Of a DNA stretch of 64,000 nt, positions 18,697 through 27,588 are shown piece by piece. The translations under genes and the position numbers were made by a program. The stretch's first letter is position 1; each line of letters begins with the position of its first letter. The notes below the pieces were generated by a model. The model was not told the DNA's origin. It was given only the letters and a program-made list of their open reading frames with translations, and ran no database searches. Origin of the DNA: Acidimicrobiales bacterium (GTDB lineage: Bacteria; Actinomycetota; Acidimicrobiia; Acidimicrobiales; RAAP-2); contig DASZHS010000001.1 of NCBI GenBank assembly GCA_035937595.1, forward strand, positions 1,800 through 65,799. Direction: 5' to 3'.

Positions 18697-19473
18697 CTAC
18701 TTCGGCTGCATCCTGATGCCGGCGTCGATGCGGATCGACTCGGCGTTCATGTAGCTGTTCGAGAGCAGCTCGACGGCGAGCGAGGCGAACTCGTCGGCGT
18801 AGCCGAGGCGGTGCGGGAAGAGCACGGCCTGGCCGAGGCGCGCCTTGAACTCGTCGGAGGCAGGCCCGGACCCGTAGATGGGCGTGTCGATCAGCCCCGG
18901 CAGGATGCAGTTCGCGCGGATGCCCACGACGGCGAGGTCGCGCGCGAGCGGGAGCGTGAGCCCGACCACGCCGCCCTTTGATGACGAGTACGCCACCTGG
19001 CCGATCTGGCCGTCCTCGGCGGCGACCGAGGCGGTGTTGACGATCGCCCCGCGGCAGCCGTCCGCGTCGGGCGCGTTCGCGCTCATCTTGGTGGCGGCGA
19101 GCCGGCACACGTTGAACGTGCCGACCAGGTTGATCTCGATGACCTTCTTGTACAGGTCGAGGTCGTGCGCGCTCGCGTACTGGCCGTCCTTGCCGATCGT
19201 CCGCGTCGCCCACCCGATGCCGGCGCAGTTGACGACGGACCACAGCGGCGCCATCGACGCGGCCGCCTCGATGGCGGCGATCGCCTGGTCCGTGTCGGTC
19301 ACGTCGCAGCTGGAGAAGGCGCCCCCGAGCTCGGTCGCCAGCGCCTCGCCCTTCTCGGCGTTCAGGTCCGCCAGCAGCACGCGGACGCCGCGCTTGGCGA
19401 GCAGCCGAGCGGTCGACTCGCCGAGGCCGGACGCCCCGCCCGTGATGACCGCGGACGTGTTGGTGAGCTCCAT
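18697..19473 (-). CDS. SDR family oxidoreductase (3-hydroxyacyl-CoA dehydrogenase type-2-like)
   Basis: ATG at 19473 with an AGGAGG SD. Motifs: TGGASGLG, NCAG, and the YSSSK catalytic motif. Confidence 0.88.
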   Translation of the reverse strand: MELTNTSAVITGGASGLGESTARLLAKRGVRVLLADLNAEKGEALATELGGAFSSCDVTDTDQAIAAIEAAASMAPLWSVVNCAGIGWATRTIGKDGQYASAHDLDLYKKVIEINLVGTFNVCRLAATKMSANAPDADGCRGAIVNTASVAAEDGQIGQVAYSSSKGGVVGLTLPLARDLAVVGIRANCILPGLIDTPIYGSGPASDEFKARLGQAVLFPHRLGYADEFASLAVELLSNSYMNAESIRIDAGIRMQPK

Positions 19474-19560
19474 GGGACGCCTCCTTTGCGACCTGAGGAA
19501 GTTAGTGGGCACGCTCGAGGCGGGCGAATCCTGTGCGAAGCCCGCCGGTACCGTGACGGC

Positions 19561-20622
19561 GTGCCGAGCGCCTACGACCCCGACGGGGCCGCGCTCGACG
19601 TCGCGCTCCGCGACGCGCCCGCGTACCGACGGCGCCAGGTGGACGAGGGGCTGTGGCGCCAGCACCGCCGGCCCGAGGAGATGACGGTGCTCCCGCGCGC
19701 GCTGCGCGACGCGCTCGCAGCGGCGTTCCCCCCGTCGCTGCGCTGCGTGGCGACGGCGGTCGCCGACGACGGGCGCACGACCAAGTGGGTCTTCGCGCTC
19801 CACGACGGCGCCACCGTCGAGACCGTGGCGATGGCCTACGGCGGCCGCGTGACCGTCTGCATCTCCTCGCAGGCGGGCTGCGCGATGGGGTGCACGTTCT
19901 GCGCCACGGGCCAGGCGGGGTTCCGCCGACACCTCGCCGCCGCCGAGCTCTTGGAGCAGGTGGTCGCCGCCGCTCGGCACTGCGCGCCGCGGCGCCTCGG
20001 CAACGTCGTCTTCATGGGGATGGGCGAGCCGCTCGCGAACTACGGCCCGACGCTCTCGACGGTGCGCGCGCTGACCCAGAAGATGGGGCTCTCGGCGCGG
20101 CACCTGACGGTGTCCACGGTCGGGGTGGCCCCCAGGATCGAGCAGCTGGCCGCCGACGCGCCGACCGTCACGCTCGCCGTCAGCCTCCACGCGGCGAACG
20201 ACGCGCTGCGCGACACGCTGGTGCCGCTCAATCGGACCTACCCGCTCGAGCGGGTGGAGGCGGCCTGCCAGGTCTGGCGCGCCGTCACGCGTCGGCGCGT
20301 CTCGTTCGAGTGGGCGCTGATCGACGGCGTGAACGACCGGGCCCAGGACGCCGCCGAGCTCGCCGCCATCGCGCGGCGCTGCGCGGCGCACGTCAACCTC
20401 ATCGCGCTCAACCCGACGCCCGGCTACGCCACGAAGGGGACGCCGCGCGAGGGGGTCCTCGCGTTCCGCGCCGCGCTCGAGCGGCTCGGCGTCAACGCCA
20501 CGGTCCGCGCGACGAGGGGCCGCGAGATCGACGCGGCGTGCGGGCAGCTCGCCGCCGTCGAGGGCGGGCGACGCTCGCGCACCGTCGCCGGGCCGGTGCG
20601 TCGTGAGACCCAGGACGGCTAG
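19561..20622 (+). CDS. rlmN: 23S rRNA/tRNA (adenine-C2)-methyltransferase, radical SAM
   Basis: The radical-SAM motif CAMGCTFCATG, plus GMGEPLANY and a C-terminal ..IDAACGQL. Confidence 0.9.
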   Translation: MPSAYDPDGAALDVALRDAPAYRRRQVDEGLWRQHRRPEEMTVLPRALRDALAAAFPPSLRCVATAVADDGRTTKWVFALHDGATVETVAMAYGGRVTVCISSQAGCAMGCTFCATGQAGFRRHLAAAELLEQVVAAARHCAPRRLGNVVFMGMGEPLANYGPTLSTVRALTQKMGLSARHLTVSTVGVAPRIEQLAADAPTVTLAVSLHAANDALRDTLVPLNRTYPLERVEAACQVWRAVTRRRVSFEWALIDGVNDRAQDAAELAAIARRCAAHVNLIALNPTPGYATKGTPREGVLAFRAALERLGVNATVRATRGREIDAACGQLAAVEGGRRSRTVAGPVRRETQDG

Positions 20623-21842
20623 CGGCCGGGAGCGACCTCGGCGGTGAACCGCGGGAGGCGCCACGCGAGGAGGAGTGCGCCGACCGCGCACCCGAGCCCG
20701 CCGCTCACCGCCGAGATGGCCGGGGTCGTGAGCGCGGCGACCGCGCCCGCCTCGAAGTTCCCGAGCCGCGGGCCGCCGGTCACGACCGCCATCTGGATCG
20801 AGCTCAGCCGGGTGCGGAACTCCTCGCCGATCGACTGCTGCAGGATCGTGTTGCGCAGGATCGCGCTGATTACGTCGGCCCAGCCGGCGATCGCGAGGAG
20901 CACGAGGGCGACCCACAGGATGCTCGAGATCCCGAACGCGGCGATGGCGAGGCCCCAGACGACGACGGCGACGACGACGGCGCGGCCGCGTCGCCGGACC
21001 CCGCCCACCCACCCCGTGGTGAACGCGCCGAGGAACCCCCCGACCCCGGGGGCGGCGTAGAGCAGCCCGACGACGACCGAGCCCGCGTGGAACCGCTGGG
21101 CCGCGAAGGCGGGGAAGAGGGCCGACGGCATGCCGAGGATCATCGCGTTGAGGTCGAGGAGGTAGACGCCCTGGAGCACCTGGCGGCCCCGCAGGTACGA
21201 GAACCCCTCGCGGATCGCCCCGAGCCCCGGGCGCCGCGCGTGGGTGAGCGGCGGCAACGGCGACATCGCCAGGGTGGCGGCGAAGATCGCGAAGAAGCTG
21301 ACCGCGTCGGTCACGTAGGCGGCGGGGAGGCTGAACGCGGCGATGACGCCGCCGAGCGCGGGGCCGACGACGGTCGCGAGCTGGATCGTGGTCTGGTTCA
21401 GCGAGTACGCGGCGAGCAGCTTGTCCCCCGCGACGAGGCGCGGCACCGCCGCGTTGCGCGACGGGTTGGAGAACCCGGTCAGCCCGGCCGCGAGGGCGGT
21501 GAGGGCGTAGAGGGCGACCAAGGAGGGGTGTGCGACGGCGGCGTTCACCGCGATCGCGCCGGTGAGCGCCGAGAGCCCGAGCGCGCTGAAGGCGAGGAGG
21601 CGCCGTTTGTCGACGACGTCGCCGACCGTCCCGCCGTAGAGCGAGCCGATGACGAGGAAGGGCAGCGACACGAGGCTGATCGCGCCCACCTGGAGCGTCG
21701 AGTGCGTGAGGTCCCAGACCTGAATGGCGACCGCCACGATCGTGATTTGGTTGCCCATCATCGAGACGAGCTGACCGCTGAACAGCAGTCGGAAGTCACG
21801 GCTCGCGCGCAGCGGCGACACGTCGACGAGGAGCCGCGGCAT
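20619..21842 (-). CDS. MFS transporter (EntS-like)
   Basis: 407 aa with 12 predicted hydrophobic segments. The N-terminus FRLLFSGQLVSMMGNQ is typical of the family. Confidence 0.85.
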   Translation of the reverse strand: MPRLLVDVSPLRASRDFRLLFSGQLVSMMGNQITIVAVAIQVWDLTHSTLQVGAISLVSLPFLVIGSLYGGTVGDVVDKRRLLAFSALGLSALTGAIAVNAAVAHPSLVALYALTALAAGLTGFSNPSRNAAVPRLVAGDKLLAAYSLNQTTIQLATVVGPALGGVIAAFSLPAAYVTDAVSFFAIFAATLAMSPLPPLTHARRPGLGAIREGFSYLRGRQVLQGVYLLDLNAMILGMPSALFPAFAAQRFHAGSVVVGLLYAAPGVGGFLGAFTTGWVGGVRRRGRAVVVAVVVWGLAIAAFGISSILWVALVLLAIAGWADVISAILRNTILQQSIGEEFRTRLSSIQMAVVTGGPRLGNFEAGAVAALTTPAISAVSGGLGCAVGALLLAWRLPRFTAEVAPGR

Positions 21843-21928
21843 CGGCGCAGGCTACGCAGCCGGCGCCGATCCGACGCCATCGACGACTACCGTGGAGCGG
21901 GCACTCCGGCTCCGAGGAGGCAACGGCA

Positions 21929-23044
21929 ATGGTGCGTTCTGCAAGGGCGACGCGCGGGGCGACCGCGGCGGCGGACGAGGACATGGTCCAGCTGCTCGCA
22001 CCGAGCGGCGAGCGCGTCACGCACCCCGAGTACGACCTCGAGCCGAGCGACGACGAGGCGCGCGGGCTGTACCGCGACATGGTGATCATCCGTCGCTGCG
22101 ACGTCGAGATGACCGCGCTGCAGCGCCAGGGGCAGCTCGCGCTCTGGGCGCCGCTGCGCGGCCAGGAGGCCGCCCAGATCGGCGCGGGCCGCGCGCTCGC
22201 GCCCGACGACTTCTGCTTCCCCGGCTACCGCGAGCACGGCATCGCGTGGTGCCGCGGCATCACGCCCGAGCAGTCGGCCCGAAGCTTCCGCCAGGTCACG
22301 AACGGCGGGTGGGACCCCTACGAGCACAACTACGCCGAGCCGTCGATCGTGATCGGGAACAACGTGGTCAACGCCGTCGGCTACGCGATGGGCGTGCAGC
22401 ACGACGGGGCGGAGAGCGCGGTCATGGCGTGCACCGGCGACGGCGGGATGAGCGAGGGCGACGTCGCCGAGGCGTTCGTCTGGGCCGCGGTGTTCCAGGC
22501 ACCCATCGTCTTCCTGCTGCAGAACAACCAGTGGGCGATCTCCGAGCCCACCGAGCGCCAGAGCCGGATCCCGCTGTGCCGCCGGGCGGACGGGTTCGGG
22601 TTCCCCGGCGTGCGCGTCGACGGCAACGACGTCTTCGCGATGCTCGCGGTCACCCGCGCCGCCCTCGCCCGCGCGCGGGAGGGCTCGGGGCCGACGCTGC
22701 TCGAGGCGTTCACCTACCGCATGGGCGCGCACACGACCTCGGACGACCCGACGCGGTACCGCGTCGACACCGAGGTCGAGGACTGGCTGCAGCGCGACCC
22801 GGTCGAGCGGCTGCACCGCTACCTCGTCGCGGCGGGCGCCGCGGACGAGGCATGGACCGCGGAGATCGACGCGGAGGCCGACGGGATCGCGAGCCGGCTG
22901 CGCGACGCGGTCGTGGCGCTGCGCGGGCCGTCGCCGGCGTCGATCTTCGACCACGTCTACGCCGAGCCGCACCCCCTCGTCGACGAGGAGCGCGCGCAGA
23001 TGGTCGCCCTCTTGGGCGCCGAGGACGCAGGGAGTCTCAAGTGA
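21929..23044 (+). CDS. 2-oxoacid dehydrogenase E1 component alpha subunit (BCKDH/PDH type)
   Basis: 371 aa with SD GAGGAGG. It has a TPP motif region GDGGMSEGDV...LLQNNQWAIS. Confidence 0.9.
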   Translation: MVRSARATRGATAAADEDMVQLLAPSGERVTHPEYDLEPSDDEARGLYRDMVIIRRCDVEMTALQRQGQLALWAPLRGQEAAQIGAGRALAPDDFCFPGYREHGIAWCRGITPEQSARSFRQVTNGGWDPYEHNYAEPSIVIGNNVVNAVGYAMGVQHDGAESAVMACTGDGGMSEGDVAEAFVWAAVFQAPIVFLLQNNQWAISEPTERQSRIPLCRRADGFGFPGVRVDGNDVFAMLAVTRAALARAREGSGPTLLEAFTYRMGAHTTSDDPTRYRVDTEVEDWLQRDPVERLHRYLVAAGAADEAWTAEIDAEADGIASRLRDAVVALRGPSPASIFDHVYAEPHPLVDEERAQMVALLGAEDAGSLK

Positions 23045-24015
23045 CCGAGCTCACGCTGGCCAAGGCGATCAACGAGGGGCTCCGCAAGGCCATGGAGGAC
23101 AACCCGAAGGTCCTCCTCATGGGCGAGGACATCGGACGGCTCGGCGGGGTCTTCCGTGTCACCGACGGGCTGCAGAAGGACTTCGGCGAGCAGCGCGTCA
23201 TCGACTCGCCGCTCGGTGAGTCGGGGATCGTGGGCACCTCGGTCGGGCTCGCGATCCGCGGCTACCGCCCGGTGTCCGAGATCCAGTTCGACGGCTTCGT
23301 CTACCCGGCGTTCGACCAGCTCGTCTCCCAGGTCGCCAAGCAGCACGCGCGCTCCGAGGGCGCGATCACGCTGTCGCTGGTCGTGCGGATCCCCTACGGC
23401 GGGGGCATCGGGGCCGTCGAGCACCACTCCGAGAGCCCCGAGGCGTACTTCGCGCACACCGCGGGGCTGCGCGTCGTGTCCCCGTCGACGCCGAACGACG
23501 GGTTCTGGATGGTGCGCCAGGCGATCGAGTGCGACGACCCGGTCCTGTTCCTCGAGCCCAAGTGCCGCTACTGGGAGAAGGGCGAGGTCGACGAGGCCGC
23601 GCCGCCGTCCGGACTCTTCGAGGCGGCCGTGCGCCGCGTGGGCACCGACGCGACGCTCGTCGCCTACGGGCCGAGCGTGAAGACCTGCCTCAAGGCCGCC
23701 GAGGTGGCGCAGGGCGAGGGCCGGAGCCTCGAGGTCATCGACCTGCGCTCGATCTCGCCGCTCGATGCCGACACGGTCGCCCGCTCCGTCGAGAAGACGG
23801 GGCGGCTGCTCATCGCGCACGAGGCGCCGGTGTTCGGCGGCATGGGCGCCGAGATCGCCGCGCGGCTCACCGAGCGGTGCTTCTACTCGCTCAGCGCACC
23901 GCCGCTGCGCGTCGGCGGCTACCACACGCCGTACCCGCCGAGCCGCGTCGAGGAGGACTACCTCCCGAACATCGACCGGCTGCTCGACGCCCTCGACCGC
24001 GCCTTCGAGTTCTAG
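23041..24015 (+). CDS. 2-oxoacid dehydrogenase E1 component beta subunit
   Basis: GTG at 23041 overlaps the alpha-subunit stop. Sequence LAKAINEGLRKAMEDNPKVLLMGEDIG..GGVFRVT. Confidence 0.9.
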   Translation: MTELTLAKAINEGLRKAMEDNPKVLLMGEDIGRLGGVFRVTDGLQKDFGEQRVIDSPLGESGIVGTSVGLAIRGYRPVSEIQFDGFVYPAFDQLVSQVAKQHARSEGAITLSLVVRIPYGGGIGAVEHHSESPEAYFAHTAGLRVVSPSTPNDGFWMVRQAIECDDPVLFLEPKCRYWEKGEVDEAAPPSGLFEAAVRRVGTDATLVAYGPSVKTCLKAAEVAQGEGRSLEVIDLRSISPLDADTVARSVEKTGRLLIAHEAPVFGGMGAEIAARLTERCFYSLSAPPLRVGGYHTPYPPSRVEEDYLPNIDRLLDALDRAFEF

Positions 24016-24020
24016 CCCCG

Positions 24021-25355
24021 GTGGCCGAGCGCTCGTTCCCGCTGCCCGACGTGGGCGAGGGCCTCACCGAGGCCGAGATCGTCACCTGGAAGGTGGCCGT
24101 CGGCGACACCGTCACGATCAACCAGCCGCTCGTCGACATCGAGACGGCGAAGGCGACCGTCGAGCTGCCGAGCCCGTACGCGGGCCGGGTGGTCGCGCTG
24201 CTGGCCGCACCCGGCGACGTCGTCGACGTCGGGACCTCCATCATCACGATCGAGACCTCGGGCGACGAGAGCGCCGCGACGGCGGCGTCGGCGTCGTCGG
24301 CCGCGCCCGCCGAGCGCACGGCGGTCCTCGTCGGCTACGGCGTGGCGACCGAGGAGGCGCCCACGCGGCGGCACCGACGCGGCGCCGCCGCGCCGCCCCC
24401 GCCCGCCCCCGCCGCCCCAGCTTCGCGGGCGGTCCCCTCCGCGCCCGCGCTCGCGCCGCGCTCGACGCCGCCGGTGCGCAAGCTCGCGAAGTCCCTCCAC
24501 CTCGACCTCGCCGCCATCCGCGGCACGGGTCGCGACGGGCTCATCACCCGTGCGGACGTCGAGGCGGCGGCCTCGCCGACCACGGCCGTCGCGCGCGCGC
24601 CGTCGGGGCCGACCCGCTTCGCCGGCGTCGAGCTCGCCGGGTGGGACGAGGGGCCGCTCGAAGAGCGCATCCCGGTCCGCGGCGTGACGCGCGCGATGGC
24701 GGAGTCGATGAAGCTGAGCGCCTTCACCCAGCCCCAGGCCTCTGCGGCGCTGCAGGTCGACGCCACGCGGACGATGGACCTCGTCGACTCGCTGCGCGCC
24801 CGCCCCGCCCTCGCGGGGGTCAAGCTCTCGCCCCTCACGATCCTCGCACTGGGGGTCTGCCACGCCGCGAGGGCGAACCCCGGCATCAACAGCGCCTTCG
24901 ACGAGGCGGCCGGCGAGGTGGTCGTGCGCCGCCGCATCGCCCTGGGGATCGCCGCCGCCACGGACCGGGGGCTCATCGTCCCGAACATCAAGGGGGCCGA
25001 CCAGCTCGACCTCGTGGCCATGGCGAGGGCGCTCGACGCGCTCGTGGCGACGGCGAGGGCGGGGACGACGACGCCCGCCGACATGCTCGGCACGACGCTC
25101 ACCATCACGAACGTCGGCCCCTTCGGGATCGACGGCGCCGTCGCAATCCTCCCGCCGGGGACGTCGGCCATCGTCGCGGTCGGCCGGATCGCACCCAAGC
25201 CCTGGGTCGTCGACGGGGCGGTCGTGGCACGCCAGGTGGTCGAGCTCACGGTCACCTTCGACCACCGCCTGGTCGACGGCGCGCTCGCCTCCACGTTCCT
25301 GCGCGACGTGGGGCGCTTCGTCGAGGACCCGGCCGCGAGCCTCCTCGGCGGATGA
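24021..25355 (+). CDS. dihydrolipoamide acyltransferase E2 component
   Basis: Lipoyl domain DVGEGLTEAEIV.W.V..GD.V...Q.L..IETAKA, a Pro/Ala linker, a subunit-binding domain, and the catalytic ..DHRLVDGA. Confidence 0.9.
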   Translation: MAERSFPLPDVGEGLTEAEIVTWKVAVGDTVTINQPLVDIETAKATVELPSPYAGRVVALLAAPGDVVDVGTSIITIETSGDESAATAASASSAAPAERTAVLVGYGVATEEAPTRRHRRGAAAPPPPAPAAPASRAVPSAPALAPRSTPPVRKLAKSLHLDLAAIRGTGRDGLITRADVEAAASPTTAVARAPSGPTRFAGVELAGWDEGPLEERIPVRGVTRAMAESMKLSAFTQPQASAALQVDATRTMDLVDSLRARPALAGVKLSPLTILALGVCHAARANPGINSAFDEAAGEVVVRRRIALGIAAATDRGLIVPNIKGADQLDLVAMARALDALVATARAGTTTPADMLGTTLTITNVGPFGIDGAVAILPPGTSAIVAVGRIAPKPWVVDGAVVARQVVELTVTFDHRLVDGALASTFLRDVGRFVEDPAASLLGG

Positions 25356-26191
25356 CCGGCGACGCCGCCCTCGAGCTCGTCGACCTCGACCGGTACCCGA
25401 TCGACGCGCCCGCGTCGCCCGGGCACGACGCGGCCGTCGGCGCGGCACGCGCCGAGCTCGCGGACCGCGGCGCCGCGGAGCTCGCGGGCTTCGTCACCCC
25501 CGACGGCGTCGCGGCGCTGCAGCGCGACGCCGAGGCGCTGGCGGTGCGGTCGTTCCACTCCGACGGCGTCGGCACGGCGTACCTCGAGCTGCCAGAGGAC
25601 CGGTGGGCACCCGAGCATCCCCGCCAGACCTGGGCGCCCTACGCCGTCGGCGCCGTCGGCTACGACGTGATCCCGCGCGCCTCGCCCCTGCGCCGCCTCT
25701 ATGAGTCCGCCCTGCTGCTCGCCTTCCTCGAGGCCGTCCTCGACCGCGGACGCCTGCACCGCTACGCGGACCCCTGCGGCGCGCTCAACCTCGCCGTCAT
25801 GGGGAAGGGCGACGAGCTGCAGTGGCACTTCGACCAGACCGACTTCGTGGTCTCCCTGGCCATCCAGGCGGCCGAGCACGGTGGCGACTTCGACGTCGCC
25901 CCGAGGATCCGCAGCGCCGGCGACGAGCGCTACGACGACGTCGGCCGCGTGCTCAAGGGCGACCGCTCGCGCGTCGTCACCCTGCCGATGACCCCGGGCA
26001 CGCTCCTCGTCTTCGAGGGCCGCCACTCGCTGCACCGCGTGAGCCCGATCGAGGGCGACGCGCTGCGCCACGTCGGCCTGCTCGCCTACGACACCTCGCC
26101 CGGCACGGTCTCGTCGGACCTCCTGCGCGAGGTCCGCTACGGGCGCACGACGCCGTTCGCCGACCCGCCCGACGCGTGGCCGCCTTCGTAA
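25352..26191 (+). CDS. Fe(II)/2-oxoglutarate-dependent oxygenase (substrate unknown)
   Basis: ATG at 25352 overlaps the E2 stop (ATGA). The triad is H-x-D in WHFDQTD plus a distal His in GRHSLHRVSP, with an Arg 11 residues later. That makes it hydroxylase-type (HxD), not halogenase-type (HxG). Confidence 0.75.
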   Translation: MTGDAALELVDLDRYPIDAPASPGHDAAVGAARAELADRGAAELAGFVTPDGVAALQRDAEALAVRSFHSDGVGTAYLELPEDRWAPEHPRQTWAPYAVGAVGYDVIPRASPLRRLYESALLLAFLEAVLDRGRLHRYADPCGALNLAVMGKGDELQWHFDQTDFVVSLAIQAAEHGGDFDVAPRIRSAGDERYDDVGRVLKGDRSRVVTLPMTPGTLLVFEGRHSLHRVSPIEGDALRHVGLLAYDTSPGTVSSDLLREVRYGRTTPFADPPDAWPPS

Positions 26192-26694
26192 CCCAGCTCG
26201 GCGAGGCGTTCTGCGGGGCCGGCCCCGAGGCCGCGCACGTGAACACCGTGCTCGGCGCCAAGGGCGGCCCGGTCGAGGCCGCGTGGGTGACGGCCCTCGC
26301 CACCCCCCGCAAGGGGCACGTGGCCTTCGTCGTCGCGGCCCAGCCCTCGCTCGCGGTCAAGCCGATGACGCTGTTCGTGAACAAGGCGACGATCGCGACC
26401 GACGACCACGCCGCCCTCACCTGGGGCCCCGCCCAGGCCGGCGTCGCCTCCGGCGTGCTCGACGCCGTCGCCGACGGCACGGTCCCGGCCGCGCTCGCCG
26501 ACGAGCTCGTGCTGATCGTGGCGGTGTGGCTGAGCGCCGAGGCGCGCGACGCCGACGCCGTCTACGGGTGCAACCGCGAGGCGACCCACGCCTCGCTGCG
26601 CGCCGGCGCGCTCGGCCACCCGACGCCCGGCGACGTGCTCGCCGTGCGCGAGGACCCGTACAACGCCTACTGGCTGCCGCCCTCGATGCGCTGA
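26176..26694 (+). CDS. formaldehyde-activating enzyme (Fae) family protein
   Basis: It is collinear over about 160 aa with the Methylobacterium Fae sequence as I remember it: [20 protein letters not shown] / [32 protein letters not shown] / [34 protein letters not shown] / [22 protein letters not shown]. The start is uncertain. The in-frame GTG at 26176 overlaps the upstream gene by 16 nt. Confidence 0.8.
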   Translation: [172 protein letters not shown]

Positions 26695-26728
26695 GCCCCG
26701 GGACCGGTGCTCGCGCGGACCGGCGGCG

Positions 26729-27550
26729 TCACCCGGTGGCGGGCGGGCGCTCGATCTGGAGCTGGACCTCGCGCTCCTCGAACCCCACCGCGCGGTACAG
26801 CTCGATCGCCACGTAGCCGGGGTCCGCGACCATCACGAGCGTCCGCGCGCCGAGCGTGTCGAACCCAAAGCGGCCGGCGTGGTGGACGAGCGTCCCCGCG
26901 AACCCCTGGCGTCGAAGGCCCGGGTCGGTGTGCACCGTCTGGAACCGCGCGAGCCCCGGTCCTGCGGTGACGAGGCCCATCTGACAGACGAGACGGCCGT
27001 CGGCGAAGGCACCGAACCAGGCCCCGTGCCCGGCCTCGACGAGCCGCCGGTTCGTGACGGCCTTGGCGGCCGCGAACGCGCGGAACCCCGCCCGGTCGAG
27101 CTCCTGGCCGATCGAGCGCACCTCGAGGTCCACGCTCTGGACCCAGTCCTCGTCCGTGCGGAGCGTGCGGCACTCGGCGTCGGGGTTCGGGTGGCGCGGC
27201 TCGTGGACGATGGACGTGGTCATTACGGCCTGGGCGTCCGCGGTGAAGCCCCGAGCGGCGAACCACGCGAGGTCGTCCAGCGCGCCGTGCGTGCCGTCGA
27301 AGCCGAGCGCCACGTGCCGCGCGTCAGGGAAGGTCGCGGCGAAGCGGTCGAGCCACCCTGGCGACGACGCCGGCGTCGGGACGTCGTGCAGGAGCAGGAA
27401 GTTGCCCCACCAGTGGGAGGGGTTGTGCGAGCTGCGGACGACGAGGTGGTCCCCACGCTCCTCGATCGTCGTGCCGCCGAGCCTGAGGAGCGAGAGATCG
27501 GTGCGGAACCCGAGGGAGGCGACGTCCACGCCCCGCACCGTAGGCAGCAT
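26729..27550 (-). CDS. GNAT family N-acetyltransferase
   Basis: ATG at 27550. The C-terminal acetyl-CoA motif is V.TDPGLRRQGFAGTLV. Confidence 0.75.
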   Translation of the reverse strand: MLPTVRGVDVASLGFRTDLSLLRLGGTTIEERGDHLVVRSSHNPSHWWGNFLLLHDVPTPASSPGWLDRFAATFPDARHVALGFDGTHGALDDLAWFAARGFTADAQAVMTTSIVHEPRHPNPDAECRTLRTDEDWVQSVDLEVRSIGQELDRAGFRAFAAAKAVTNRRLVEAGHGAWFGAFADGRLVCQMGLVTAGPGLARFQTVHTDPGLRRQGFAGTLVHHAGRFGFDTLGARTLVMVADPGYVAIELYRAVGFEEREVQLQIERPPATG

Positions 27551-27588
27551 CGGGCCGGCCGTCGCCCCGGACGACGACGGTGCCCCGG

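Noticed and set aside
20619-20622. A 4-nt CTAG overlap of the convergent rlmN and MFS stop codons.
   Set aside because: This is a coincidental overlap of two stop codons on opposite strands and is not a functional element.
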